Shown here: positions 51,060-64,000 of the stretch, piece by piece
How the letters are laid out: every line of letters begins with the position of its first letter
How positions within the stretch are numbered: the stretch's first letter is position 1
DNA from: Kofleriaceae bacterium
Lineage (GTDB): Bacteria > Myxococcota_A > Polyangia > Haliangiales > Haliangiaceae
DNA length: 64,000 nt
Assembly: GCA_965215005.1 (NCBI GenBank)
Contig: CBDCCZ010000054.1
Span: 160,001 to 224,000, forward strand
Reading direction: 5' to 3'
Made by a program: the position numbers and the translations under genes
The notes under the pieces: model-generated
What the model was told of the DNA's origin: nothing
Database searches by the model: none
Seen by the model: the letters and a program-made list of their open reading frames with translations, nothing else

Positions 51060-51989
51060 TCAGTGAGCGCGGGTCGACTGCAGCTCGTAAGCCAGGCCCC
51101 AACGGACGCCCCGGTCGCAGGCGATGACTTCACTGGCGCCCATCTTGTGGACGAGGCGAGCGAAGATGGCGACGCCTCCAGCGATCACATCAGCGCGCTC
51201 CGGTTCCATTCCCGGCATCGCTTTGCGCTCCTCTACCGAGCTGTCGAAGAGCCGCGCTAGTAGTCGTCCGATGGCCGCCGGCTCGATGCGGTGGCCGTGG
51301 ACCGCTGCAGCGTCGTAGCGAGGCAAGCCGAGCTCTAGCGCCGCCATGGTGGTCGCCGTGCCTGCCGTTGCTACCAGTGGCACGCCGAAAGGCAAGCGCA
51401 CGCCCGCGAGCAGCTCGTCGAGCTCGGTCACCAGCGCCGTGGTCTGAAACGGTGCGGGTGGATCGTCGCGCAGATGGCGCTCCGTCATTCGTACCGAGCC
51501 GATCGGCACGCTCTCAACCGAGACCACCTTGCGCCGCTCGCACACGATGAGCTCGGTCGAGCCGCCGCCGACGTCGGCGATCACGGTGGTTGCATCGCCG
51601 AGCTCGGGCAGCGACTCAGTCACCGCCAAGCTCACCAACTCGGCTTCGCGGGCGCCGCTGATGACCTCGACCTTGGTGCCCAGAATTGCTTCGGCGGCGG
51701 CAAGGAAGTCGGAGGCGTTACCGGCTTCGCGCAGCGCCTGCGTGCCCACCACCGCGATGCGCTGCACCTGATGGGAATCGATGGTGGCGCGGAAGTCGCG
51801 CAGGATGGCGAGGCAGCGCTCGATGGCAGCGTGGTCGAGGACGCCGCTGGTATCCAATCCTTTGCCGAGTCGACCGAAGCGCGCCTCGTCATGCAGCGCA
51901 TGCAGCTGCCCTGGCTGCGGCTCTTCGACGATGAGCAGAAGGAGGGTGTTGGTGCCGATGTCGATGGTTGCAAGGCGAGGAAGGCGCAT
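51060..51989 (-). CDS. ppx: Ppx/GppA family phosphatase
   Basis: IDIGTNT, GTQALREA, DVGGGSTE, RADVI, GVRWG. Confidence 0.9.
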   Translation of the reverse strand: MRLPRLATIDIGTNTLLLLIVEEPQPGQLHALHDEARFGRLGKGLDTSGVLDHAAIERCLAILRDFRATIDSHQVQRIAVVGTQALREAGNASDFLAAAEAILGTKVEVISGAREAELVSLAVTESLPELGDATTVIADVGGGSTELIVCERRKVVSVESVPIGSVRMTERHLRDDPPAPFQTTALVTELDELLAGVRLPFGVPLVATAGTATTMAALELGLPRYDAAAVHGHRIEPAAIGRLLARLFDSSVEERKAMPGMEPERADVIAGGVAIFARLVHKMGASEVIACDRGVRWGLAYELQSTRAH

Positions 51990-52071
51990 GACAGCAACCT
52001 ACGGCGAACGCCAGGCGCTTGCCAGGATTGGGCGCCGTTGGGTGCCTAGCGGCGTGGGCCGCGCCGCTTCG

Positions 52072-53415
52072 TCAACGTCCCGTCAAGCGCGGCATTGGGC
52101 TCCAGTCCACCGACGTGGCCTTGCCGCTCCACACTCGCACCTGTTGCCCTTTGCCGTCGGCGTTGGCGAGATACACGCCGGGTCCCTGCCGACGGCTGGA
52201 CGCAAACGCAATCGCGCGGCCATTGGGCGAAAACGACGGCTCTTCGTTATCGCCTTGGTTTTGAGTGATGCGGACCATCTCGCGGCTGTCGAGGTCGAGC
52301 GTGACGATGTCGAAGTTGCCTTGGTCGCGTGTGGTGAAGGCCAGGATGCGCTTGCCTTTGCGCGGTGACCACGCCGGCGTCGTGTTGTACGGGCCGTTCA
52401 TCGATACTCGGCGCGGCGTGCCTCCGGTGGCTGGCATCACGAAGATCTGCGGTCCGCCTTCGCGATCCGACACGAACGCGATCTCCCGGCCATCCGGCGA
52501 CCACGCCGGCGAGGTATCGATCGCGCGGTCTTTCGTGAGTCGCTGCAGGATTCGGCCACTGCGGGCATCGAGAATGTAGATCTCGGGGTTGCCGTCTTGC
52601 GACAGCGTGACGGCCAGCTTACTGCCGTCGGGCGACCACGAGCCGCCGGTGTTCATGCCGCGGCGATTGCTGATGCGCTTGGGACGACCGCCACCGGCGC
52701 CGACGATGTACATGTCGGGGTTGTTGCGCATGTACGAGGTGAAGACCACTTGCGAGCCGGTTGGTGACCATTGCGGCAGAATGTTGATCGACCGGTTGCG
52801 CGTGAGTCCATAGGGATTGGCGCCGTCAAAATCCATCGCCATAACGGTTTTCACGCCCCGCCCGCCGGTCACGAATGCGATGCGCGAGCCGAAGAAGCCC
52901 GGCTCGCCCGTGAAGTACTCCACCACGTCGTTGGACCACTGGTGGACCATCTGCCGCAGTTGCTGCTTGGGGCCGCGGTAGGTACGCGACAGCACCGGCT
53001 GGCCGCCTTTCTCGATCTCGTACAGGCGAAACTCGGTCTCGACCTGATCGCCGCTCTCGCGCACCCGATACTTCATGACGCCAAACGCGCCGACGTTGCG
53101 CCACTTGTCGATCTCGATATCGAGCCCTTCGCGACTTAGGTCGGCCAAGAACGAGCGGGGGTCGAGCACCTGGAACCAGCCGGCCACCGACATATCGAAG
53201 CGCGCCACCTCGGCAACGAGCTTGGCCGCTGCGGAGTCGGAGTTGACTCCTTGCGGGATCGCGATGGGATAGAGCGTGCGCTTTGGCGAGTTGATGTCGA
53301 TGACGACACCCGACTCTTGCGCCGGCACCGGCGCGGCACTGAAAAGCAACGTCGCCACGGCAACGGCAGCGACGGCAAAATAGCGATTTAGGGGTTGAAA
53401 TTGAAGCATAGCCAT
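52072..53415 (-). CDS. tolB: TolB
   Basis: TolB N-domain plus WSP(D/T)G PD40 repeats; last gene of the tolQRA cluster. Confidence 0.9.
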   Translation of the reverse strand: MAMLQFQPLNRYFAVAAVAVATLLFSAAPVPAQESGVVIDINSPKRTLYPIAIPQGVNSDSAAAKLVAEVARFDMSVAGWFQVLDPRSFLADLSREGLDIEIDKWRNVGAFGVMKYRVRESGDQVETEFRLYEIEKGGQPVLSRTYRGPKQQLRQMVHQWSNDVVEYFTGEPGFFGSRIAFVTGGRGVKTVMAMDFDGANPYGLTRNRSINILPQWSPTGSQVVFTSYMRNNPDMYIVGAGGGRPKRISNRRGMNTGGSWSPDGSKLAVTLSQDGNPEIYILDARSGRILQRLTKDRAIDTSPAWSPDGREIAFVSDREGGPQIFVMPATGGTPRRVSMNGPYNTTPAWSPRKGKRILAFTTRDQGNFDIVTLDLDSREMVRITQNQGDNEEPSFSPNGRAIAFASSRRQGPGVYLANADGKGQQVRVWSGKATSVDWSPMPRLTGR

Positions 53416-54116
53416 TTCGTCGTGATGTGTTCGATCTCGGGCGGAACGGGATGATCACCGCCGCTGCGCCCCTTTTGCAGCTGCAGCAGCGCTAGTCTGA
53501 CGGAGCGATCGATGTTGGCATTCTCCGACGGCGGGTCCAGTTTGAATTCGGTAATGATTCCAGATTTTTGCAGGAGCACGCAGGCGACGGCGGGTTCGGT
53601 TCCCTGCTCTAACGTTGGAACTTCCCAAGCGTCGTAGGCTTCGGCGACGATCTCACGCATGTAGGGGTGGCCCTTATCGACCGAAGCGAAGCCTTTTTCC
53701 GAGCCATCGAACGAGCCCTCGGCAGTTTCCTCGCCTTGATCCATGTCGTCGTTGTCGTCTTGGGTGCGCTTGAAGCGTTCCTCGAAGAGCTTCTCGTAGT
53801 CGAGCTCGTCGGGCTTCTTTTCCGGCTCTTTCGTTTCCGGTTCCGCCGGCTCGGCCTCGGCGTCGTCGGCGATCTTGGTCTGCTCGGGCTCTTCAGGGGG
53901 CGGCGCCATCCGCTTGCGTTCTTTTTGCGGCTGCCGCGATTCAGTGTTGCTCTTGCGCGCCAGCGACACCTCGATGGCTTCCTTGTCGATGATCGAAGGT
54001 CGTTCGGCAGCGCTGCCGACGCCAGCAAAGAACGCCGCTCCGCCGAAGATGGCGCCGTGCAGGACCAACGTCACCAGGAACCCGAGCACGTGCAGAAGCT
54101 TGTTGTTCTGCGGCAT
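53388..54116 (-). CDS. tolA: TolA/TonB-like protein
   Basis: TLVLH TM motif, charged linker, TonB-C-like end; lies between tolR and tolB. Confidence 0.75.
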   Translation of the reverse strand: MPQNNKLLHVLGFLVTLVLHGAIFGGAAFFAGVGSAAERPSIIDKEAIEVSLARKSNTESRQPQKERKRMAPPPEEPEQTKIADDAEAEPAEPETKEPEKKPDELDYEKLFEERFKRTQDDNDDMDQGEETAEGSFDGSEKGFASVDKGHPYMREIVAEAYDAWEVPTLEQGTEPAVACVLLQKSGIITEFKLDPPSENANIDRSVRLALLQLQKGRSGGDHPVPPEIEHITTKWLCFNFNP

Positions 54117-54119
54117 ACG

Positions 54120-54605
54120 CTACTCGCGCTCTGGCTGCTCGGCTGGCGACGGGCCGCTGCCGTCGCGGTCGAGAGCTTCTAAGTCGAGCTCTTCGGATGG
54201 ATCGGTTAGCAGCATGACTTTCTCGATACCAGCGCGTTTCGCCGTGGCCATGGCCGTGACGACCACCCCGTACGGGATGTCTTGATCGGCTTCGACGTAC
54301 AGCTCACTGTCAGTCTGCACCTTGCGATTGCTCGCAAGCTTGGGCTCGAGCTCGGTCCAGCTAACCTGCGTCTTGCCGAGGAACAGCTGCTTCCCTTTGT
54401 CGATGCTGAGGATCAGCTTTCCTTCGGCGGTATCGATGGCTTTACCCTCGGTTTGCGGCAACGCAATATCCACACCGGTATTGAGCATGGGCGCAGTGAT
54501 CATGAAGATGACCAACAGCACCAGCATGACATCGACGAACGGCGTGACATTGATTTCGCTGTTGAGCTCGTCACCGCCGCTACCACCTCCTACTTGCATA
54601 CCCAT
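54120..54605 (-). CDS. tolR: TolR/ExbD
   Basis: [31 protein letters not shown]. Confidence 0.9.
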   Translation of the reverse strand: MGMQVGGGSGGDELNSEINVTPFVDVMLVLLVIFMITAPMLNTGVDIALPQTEGKAIDTAEGKLILSIDKGKQLFLGKTQVSWTELEPKLASNRKVQTDSELYVEADQDIPYGVVVTAMATAKRAGIEKVMLLTDPSEELDLEALDRDGSGPSPAEQPERE

Positions 54606-54616
54606 GACAGCCCTCG

Positions 54617-55318
54617 CTAGTTAAGGAAGTGACGGCGAATGATGTTGAGATAGTCTTGCTCGAAGGTCTCCATGTTGGCTCTGGACACCCGCACGCGCCG
54701 AATGAAGTAGTTATAAGCGATGACCGCCGGTATTGCCGCCACCAAGCCGATAGCGGTCGCAAACAGCGCCTCGGCGATGCCCGGCGCCACGGTTTGAATG
54801 TTGGCGGAGCTGCCGCTCATCGACCGGAACGAGTTCATGATGCCGAATACGGTGCCGAACAAGCCGATGAACGGCGCCGCCGAACCGGTGGTTGCCAAGA
54901 ACGGCACCATCGAGTCGAGCCGCGTGGTCTCGAAGGTCTGCGCGCGCCGCAAAGCTCGCTTGACGTTGTCGAGATCACTCTCGCGATCCGCGCGATCGCG
55001 AGGCGTGTCGGTGGCGAGCTTGGCGAGCTCGGTGTAGCCCGCAGAGAACATGGCCGCCACGGGGCTGCGGGTGAGCGTCTGCGCGTACTTGTAGATTTGC
55101 TCGATGTCGCGGGACCGCCAGAACGCGTCCAAGAATTGTTTGGACTCTCCCTGCGCGCGCCGGATGTAGAAGTACTTGTAGCCGATGATGTACCAGCACG
55201 CGACGGACATCAGCGCAAGCAGCGCCATGACGAGCTTGACCACCCAGTGCGCCTGTTGGATGAGCGCCGTCAGGTCGAGATCCTCAGACACCGCCAAAAC
55301 CGAGAGTAAGTCTGGCAT
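54617..55318 (-). CDS. tolQ: TolQ
   Basis: [33 protein letters not shown]. Confidence 0.92.
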   Translation of the reverse strand: MPDLLSVLAVSEDLDLTALIQQAHWVVKLVMALLALMSVACWYIIGYKYFYIRRAQGESKQFLDAFWRSRDIEQIYKYAQTLTRSPVAAMFSAGYTELAKLATDTPRDRADRESDLDNVKRALRRAQTFETTRLDSMVPFLATTGSAAPFIGLFGTVFGIMNSFRSMSGSSANIQTVAPGIAEALFATAIGLVAAIPAVIAYNYFIRRVRVSRANMETFEQDYLNIIRRHFLN

Positions 55319-55481
55319 ATTCGCTATTTAGACTCAGTGTTGCCGCTAGCACAAGATCGATCGCGCGCGATGATCGCGCCAGCGGTGCTCGCGCAGGTAT
55401 CGAGGAGCACGGCCGATGACAACCCCTTTGAATAGCCGGCGGCAACGTGCGGTCGAATGGCCAGCGCATCCGCTTCTGCGT

Positions 55482-55958
55482 GTGCGAGGTCTCGCGCAGA
55501 TTGCGCTAATCGCAGCAATGATGACCAGTAGCACAGCGTGCGTAGATGTAGACGGCGGAGCAATTGAGCTCAGCTGGTCGCTTCGTTCGTTCACCGGCGC
55601 GCCGATCGATGACTGCGGCGATACCGGGATCGAGCAGATTCGCGTGCGGTGGAACCAGTGCGACGAGACTACATGCCCGATCTTCGCGTGTGCTCAAGAG
55701 CGCGGTGTGACCGACTTCATTGTGCCCGAAGGCACCCATAGCCTATCGATCGAACCACTGTGCGCGGATGGCCGACAGCCCGTCGACGGCACCTATCAGG
55801 TGCCACCGCCGATCGAGCGGCAAGTCATGCGCGGTCGCGTGGTAACGCTCAGCGCGCTCCTCATCATCGCGAGCGACAATCCCAAGGCTGACGTCGATGC
55901 GGAAGGAAAGGCGGCACAATGCCCGGCAGCGGGCTGTACGTGCCGACCCGACGCATGA
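55482..55958 (+). CDS. Cys-rich lipoprotein
   Basis: STAC lipobox; ELSWSL...C...FAC...GVT; start uncertain. Confidence 0.65.
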   Translation: MRGLAQIALIAAMMTSSTACVDVDGGAIELSWSLRSFTGAPIDDCGDTGIEQIRVRWNQCDETTCPIFACAQERGVTDFIVPEGTHSLSIEPLCADGRQPVDGTYQVPPPIERQVMRGRVVTLSALLIIASDNPKADVDAEGKAAQCPAAGCTCRPDA

Positions 55959-56142
55959 CCGAGGTCACGTGGTTGGCGGAGGCTTTTGGAGTAAGTCCGT
56001 CGACGGTGGAGTCCGCCTTGCCGGGTGCCACGTTTCGCCAGATACTTTGCCGCAGCGACTTTGGCGCTGCCCGGGCGCAGGCCACAGGATTCGTTCCATT
56101 CACGTTGCGACGTCGAGCTCGTAATCATCTAGGAGAACAACC

Positions 56143-56823
56143 ATGAAGCTAGTCTATGCAGCGCTCGTAGCAGCCGGTGTGTCACAAGCCGCCGGTTGCG
56201 TATTCACCTCCGTCGAAGAGGGCCAACTCGACGTCAGCTGGAACCTGGAGAGTGGCGACACCTGCCCAGGTGGAACCGCAGAGGTCAACATCGAGGAGGT
56301 TGGCGGCGGTCGCACGTATGTGGAGCTGTTCGACTGCGTCGATGGCCGCGGGCGCACCGGACCCATCCGCGAGGGCCGGTACACTGTCTATGTCAACCTG
56401 ATCGATGACAGCGGTGCTGCGCTGTACGCGCAGTCGTTCTCCGCGGATGTTTCCATCACCCGCGATGGCGAGCTGGTGCCGGTTTCCTTCGACATCAACG
56501 TCGACGAGGCGTTCTTTGCGCTCACCTGGTCGCTCGTCGATACGGGTGGTAGCGAGCTCAGCTGCGCCGAAGCCGGAGCCGGCGGCGTCTCGGTGCTGTC
56601 CACGCTGGTGGGGCCAGCTGGCTCGGGCTTCGACGACGTGTTTGACTGTGAAGCCCGCGAAGGCGTGACGAGCCCCTTGCCCCTCGGCGACTATGAGGTG
56701 GTGACCAGCGTGCTCGAGACCGGCTCCGATGCAGTGCTTGGGCAATCGCAAACACGCGCGGCGGCGCTCGACTTCGGCAACCAACTGAACGACCTCGGTA
56801 ATTTCGAGTTCGTTTTCGAGTAG
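56143..56823 (+). CDS. Lipoprotein with two tandem beta-rich repeats
   Basis: AGGAG RBS; AAGC lipobox; two copies of (S/T)WxL...C...FDC...GxTxP..GxY. Confidence 0.85.
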   Translation: MKLVYAALVAAGVSQAAGCVFTSVEEGQLDVSWNLESGDTCPGGTAEVNIEEVGGGRTYVELFDCVDGRGRTGPIREGRYTVYVNLIDDSGAALYAQSFSADVSITRDGELVPVSFDINVDEAFFALTWSLVDTGGSELSCAEAGAGGVSVLSTLVGPAGSGFDDVFDCEAREGVTSPLPLGDYEVVTSVLETGSDAVLGQSQTRAAALDFGNQLNDLGNFEFVFE

Positions 56824-56846
56824 ATCGTAGCGACGTCGCTCTACCG

Positions 56847-56874
56847 AGCCCGCCCACCTCTGGGCGGGCTTTCG
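56847..56874 (+). terminator. Intrinsic terminator
   Basis: AGCCCGCCCA-cctc-TGGGCGGGCT followed by TTCGT. Confidence 0.7.
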
Positions 56875-56940
56875 TGCGTATAGGCCGTGCCGCCTCGGTC
56901 GGCGGTTGCCGGGCTAGGTCGAGCAGCCTACATTCGTTGG

Positions 56941-57645
56941 ATGAGCCGGCAGCGAGACTTTGGAATCGGTAAGATGCGCATCACTCGAGGCGCGCTGTAC
57001 CTGCTGTTCGCCGAGGTCGGGTTCTCGCTCATCTATCTGTTCTCCGACGAGGCGCTGCGCGCGCAGCTCTACCGCTGGTTTGCCGCCACCACCGAAAACG
57101 TCTGGCTCGACGGCAAGGTGTGGACGCTGGTCACGGGCGCGCTGTGGCAGCCAGACTTCATCACGTTGGTGTTTCACATCCTCATCTTGTGGATGTTCGT
57201 ACCGACGCTGGAGCGTTGGTGGGGCACGAAGAAGTTCCTCCTCTTTGCGCTTTACACCTCGTTAGCGGGCACGGTGGTGGGCACGGCAGCGGGCTTCGTG
57301 CTCAGCGGCGGTGCTCCGACTGGATTGGACCCCTTCATCTACGGCAGCATCGTCGCGTTTGGCGTGCTCTATGCCGACCATCCGGTGCAGTTCTTTGGCG
57401 TCCTGCCGATGACCGGCAAGCAGCTGATGTTTGGCATCATCGGCTTTGTCCTTCTATTCATTGTCCTGACCGGCGCCTGGGCCAAAGGCGCGGGCTTCGC
57501 GGCCGCCATGCTGACCGCGTGGCTCATCACCTCTGGACGATGGAATCCGCGGCTCTGGTTTCTAAAGTGGAAGCAGCAGCGGATCCGTCGGCACCTCAAA
57601 GTGGTCGACAAAGACGGCGATGAGCCGCGCCGTTGGATGAATTAG
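56941..57645 (+). CDS. Rhomboid-superfamily membrane protein (probably catalytically inactive)
   Basis: VWTLVT, LERWWG, six TM helices; the usual GxS and His motifs are not seen (GLD in place). Confidence 0.7.
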   Translation: MSRQRDFGIGKMRITRGALYLLFAEVGFSLIYLFSDEALRAQLYRWFAATTENVWLDGKVWTLVTGALWQPDFITLVFHILILWMFVPTLERWWGTKKFLLFALYTSLAGTVVGTAAGFVLSGGAPTGLDPFIYGSIVAFGVLYADHPVQFFGVLPMTGKQLMFGIIGFVLLFIVLTGAWAKGAGFAAAMLTAWLITSGRWNPRLWFLKWKQQRIRRHLKVVDKDGDEPRRWMN

Positions 57646-57728
57646 GCGCGTGTCGAGCGGCTGCTGGTGGCCGCCGACAACCGGCTGGCTGCTCGGCAGC
57701 CATGCAACGGTCATGGTAACTTTCGCCC

Positions 57729-59192
<1,464 letters not shown>

Positions 59193-59279
59193 GCGCGGGT
59201 AGATTCGACGTCGGCAGGGCCGCAGAGACGCCGCTCGAGGAGCCCGTTCGGCAGTTCCTCGATCGACGTGGCTCAGCTT

Positions 59280-60446
59280 CTAAGGAGCGTGCGTGCGCGG
59301 CCGATCGCTAGCCGGCGGATGCACGCGCCGGGGCGGTGGATTGCCGGCGCTGTCGCGTGGCGCAGGCGGTGGCGCGGCTCGCCGCGGCGTGTTGGAAGGC
59401 GCCGACTGGCCGGACGTGTTGGGCCGCGACGGCGGCGGTGGGGCGGTGCGCCGCGGCGGCGCCTGCGGCGTGTTGGGCCGTGACGGCGGCGGCGCAGCGC
59501 GACCCGGACTCCGCGGCGGAGTGGTGGTGCGCGGCGGCGGTGCGCTCGGCGTGTTGGGCCGTGACGGCGGCGGCGCCGTGCGGCCCGGACTCCGCGGCGG
59601 GGTGGTGGTGCGCGGCGGTGGTGCGCTCGGCGTGTTGGGCCGCGACGGCGGCGGCGCGGTCTGCCCCGGTCCCCGCGGCGGGGTGGTGGTGCGCGGCGGC
59701 GGTGCGCTCGGCGTGTTGGGCCGCGACGGCGGCGGCGCGGTCTGCCCCGGTCCCCGCGGCGGGGTGGTGGTGCGCGGCGGCGGTGCACCCGGCGTGCTGG
59801 GCCGCGACGGCGGCGTTTGCCCCCGCACTGGCGGCTGCGGGCGATACACCGGTTGCCGTGGCGGCGTGTACGTCGGGCGTTGACGCGGGGGCGTATAGGT
59901 TCGCGCCGGCGGCCGCTGCGGGTCATGCGTCGGCGGCTGCCGATAGCGCCCGTAGTTCGATGGAACTCGCTCATTGCCGCGCGGTCGATACCCCGTGGTG
60001 GGGCGTCCGCTACGGTGATCGCGAATGGTCACGCCGCTGGGAACCCGGTTGCGATGCGACCAATAGCCCGAGTGATAGACGTAGGCGCTGCCGTTATAGT
60101 TGTAGTAGGGCTGGATATAGACGTAGTCGGAGCGGTCTTGCACCCAACGGCCGCCAACCCAAACCCACTCATAGCCGTTCCAGTGCCAGTAGCCGTCGAT
60201 CCACACATAGCCGTAGCCGGGCGAGGCCGTGACCTCTTCATAAAGTGGCTCGGGCGGATAACTTTCCACGTTCAGCGTTGTGGGGCTGCCCACGGCGACC
60301 GAACCCGAGGCATAGCCGGAGCTTCTGCCGGTCGTGGAGTACCCGCTCGAGGGGCGACTCTCTCGGACGACGCAGCCAGACGCCGTCAGCGTAAAGCCGA
60401 GGCTGGCAAGTCCGAGAAGCGAGACCAGATGTCGCTTCGTAGTCAT
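59280..60446 (-). CDS. YXWGXW/WXXGXW-repeat lipoprotein with long Pro/Arg-rich tail
   Basis: GGAGG RBS; ASGC lipobox; YVWIDGYWHWNGYEWVWVGGRW. Confidence 0.85.
   Translation of the reverse strand: MTTKRHLVSLLGLASLGFTLTASGCVVRESRPSSGYSTTGRSSGYASGSVAVGSPTTLNVESYPPEPLYEEVTASPGYGYVWIDGYWHWNGYEWVWVGGRWVQDRSDYVYIQPYYNYNGSAYVYHSGYWSHRNRVPSGVTIRDHRSGRPTTGYRPRGNERVPSNYGRYRQPPTHDPQRPPARTYTPPRQRPTYTPPRQPVYRPQPPVRGQTPPSRPSTPGAPPPRTTTPPRGPGQTAPPPSRPNTPSAPPPRTTTPPRGPGQTAPPPSRPNTPSAPPPRTTTPPRSPGRTAPPPSRPNTPSAPPPRTTTPPRSPGRAAPPPSRPNTPQAPPRRTAPPPPSRPNTSGQSAPSNTPRRAAPPPAPRDSAGNPPPRRVHPPASDRPRTHAP
59416..59815. repeat. 81-bp coding tandem repeat (about 4.3 units plus a partial unit)
   Basis: GTG(T/C)TGGGCCG anchors at 59470, 59551, 59632, 59713, 59794; unit PPPSRPNTPSAPPPRTTTPPR(G/S)PG(Q/R)TA. 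Confidence 0.9.
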
Positions 60447-60470
60447 AGTCGTTCCTCCATGCACGCGGTT

Positions 60471-60498
60471 TTGACGGCGCCGGAGCAGCGTCGATTCA
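60471..60498 (-). promoter_or_regulatory. Possible ECF-type promoter
   Basis: TGAATC-N16-CGTCAA upstream of the RBS of the Pro-rich lipoprotein. Confidence 0.4.
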
Positions 60499-60629
60499 AC
60501 TGTATAGTCCAGCGCAAACGTACGCGCAAAAACTCGGGCTCGCTGCGCTCAGCGCGCACGCCTCGGGGCGGGCGCATCGCGGTCGACGCGTTGCCGCTTC
60601 CATAGCCCATCCGCGGCAGCTTCGCGCGC

Positions 60630-60651
60630 TGTCGGCAGGCTTTGCTATCGT
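60630..60651 (+). promoter_or_regulatory. PafBC/RecA-NDp-type promoter motif upstream of recQ
   Basis: TGTCGG-caggctttgc-TA-tcg-T, 7 nt before ATG 60659. Confidence 0.65.
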
Positions 60652-60658
60652 GGCGGCG

Positions 60659-62743
<2,085 letters not shown>

Positions 62744-62745
62744 GG

Positions 62746-63897
62746 CTAACGCTGGCTGCGAGGTTGGCGCCGCCGCAAGCCTATGAGAACCACGATGACG
62801 AGGGCGCCGGTGGGGTCGTGGCGGGCGCTGAGCGCGCACGAGGAGAGCGGCACGACGTCGCGCAGCGCTTCGGTTTCGGCGTCGGCATCGACGACGACGT
62901 GAAGGACGTTGGGGGCGCGGTGCACGCCGTCGGAGGCGATGACGGCAAGGTCATGAGGGCCTGTTGGCAGGTCGGCCGGTGCGCGTAACGCGTAAGGGGC
63001 AACGGTGTCGGCGTCGACGCGTTCGCCATCGACGTAGAGCTCGACGAAGGCGATGCCGCGCTCATCCGTAGCCTCGACCTTGACCTCAAATCCTGGTCCT
63101 ACGTGGGCACCGGGGGAGGGATAGCGAACTTGAATGCTGGGCGCGCGGTCATCGGGCAGTCGCGGGCCCATGGTGGCTAATAGCTTGCGAAACGAGTTCT
63201 GCGTCTGCTCGCAGCGGCATGCGCGGGGCGCATCCTCGCCACACGTTTGCTCAGCATCGCGAAATTGCTTGGCACCGCAGCCGTCGAGATAGGTCATCAA
63301 GTCGGGGCAGTGATAGGAATGATCGAGTCCGAAGGTATGGCCGAGCTCATGCGCGGCAATTTCGCAGACCTTGTCGATGCCTTGGCCGATCGACTCTGGG
63401 AACACAAACGCGATTGCTCGAGGAACGTGCTCGCAGCCGCCGCTGGCGAACGGAGCCACTCCACCGACCTCCGGTGCCAGCTGCAGCGTCGATGAGCTAC
63501 CGCCAATCACGACCTCCACGGCCGGAGCTCGAGGTTCGTCATCGACCACGGTGATGTCGAAGGTGGCAAGCCTGCTTCGCATGCAGTCCATGAACGCTAG
63601 CCACTCGCGCTCGGGCACGTCCCAGCGCGGAATCGTGACTGCCTGCTCGAGAACCGTCGAGACGTTGAGGCCTGAGTCGTTGCGCCGGCCGGGATAGTAG
63701 CGACCTCCCCGATGATTTAGGAACGCCACCTTGGTGGTCGGAAAAAGCGGCTCATCTGGCCCCGCAAGCTCGTTTCGTGGCGGTTCTGCGACGGCTTCGG
63801 TCTCGACGACTAAACAGTAGTCAGAGGCCGCCGCCGCCGCTGGGACGAGAGCCAGAATCCAGCCAAGCAAGGCTGCTGCGATGCGCGCCGATCTCAT
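62746..63897 (-). CDS. Secreted metzincin metalloprotease with Ig-like domain and MYXO-CTERM-like anchor
   Basis: Signal peptide; HELGHTFGLDH plus Met-turn LM; VELYVDG...APY Ig-like domain; ends SC...ALVIVVLIGLRRR. Confidence 0.85.
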   Translation of the reverse strand: MRSARIAAALLGWILALVPAAAAASDYCLVVETEAVAEPPRNELAGPDEPLFPTTKVAFLNHRGGRYYPGRRNDSGLNVSTVLEQAVTIPRWDVPEREWLAFMDCMRSRLATFDITVVDDEPRAPAVEVVIGGSSSTLQLAPEVGGVAPFASGGCEHVPRAIAFVFPESIGQGIDKVCEIAAHELGHTFGLDHSYHCPDLMTYLDGCGAKQFRDAEQTCGEDAPRACRCEQTQNSFRKLLATMGPRLPDDRAPSIQVRYPSPGAHVGPGFEVKVEATDERGIAFVELYVDGERVDADTVAPYALRAPADLPTGPHDLAVIASDGVHRAPNVLHVVVDADAETEALRDVVPLSSCALSARHDPTGALVIVVLIGLRRRQPRSQR

Positions 63898-64000
63898 GAG
63901 GAGCTTGGCCGCGGTAGCACGGCCGTCGACCAAGTCTAGGAGCGCATCGCGTGCGGGCACCTTAGCCGTGCCTTAAACGCGCCATGAGCGAGGCTTCACG

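Noticed and set aside
59293..59883. Gly/Val-rich repeat ORF on the plus strand
   Set aside because: Antisense of the Pro-rich repeat; the minus-strand gene has the RBS, lipobox and WXXGXW domain

Overview
High-GC chromosomal window, most likely from a myxobacterium (Myxococcota). Support: a MYXO-CTERM-like C-terminus, two eukaryote-like Ser/Thr kinases, an FHA-sigma54 activator and many Cys-rich lipoproteins. It holds about 53 CDS and two tRNAs (Met-CAT, Gln-TTG); no CRISPR array, rRNA, transposase or prophage was seen. Housekeeping content includes pfkA, serA/serC, a LeuA-like enzyme, oppDF, tolQRAB, ppx and an Hsp70/J-domain pair. DNA-handling genes are unusually dense: an operon of lamin-tail lipoproteins, two thermonucleases and an HhH outer-membrane protein, plus comEA, a small protein with an SSB-like acidic tail, radC, recD2, recQ and a PafB/PafC-like WYL pair. 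Strongest signals read directly from the DNA: (1) radC and the SSB-tail gene share a promoter architecture of three GTCC-N8-GGAC-type boxes, exactly 30 bp, a sigma54 -24/-12 element and a near-leaderless ATG, suggesting a sigma54-driven competence/DNA-processing regulon; (2) recQ has an exact TGTCGG-N10-TA-N3-T motif (the mycobacterial PafBC/RecA-NDp promoter) in a window that also encodes PafBC-like proteins; (3) an 85-nt non-coding element occurs twice, 17 kb apart; (4) leaderless gene starts are pervasive. Family assignments come from motif recognition by eye, not database searches. Many start codons were moved from the ORF track.
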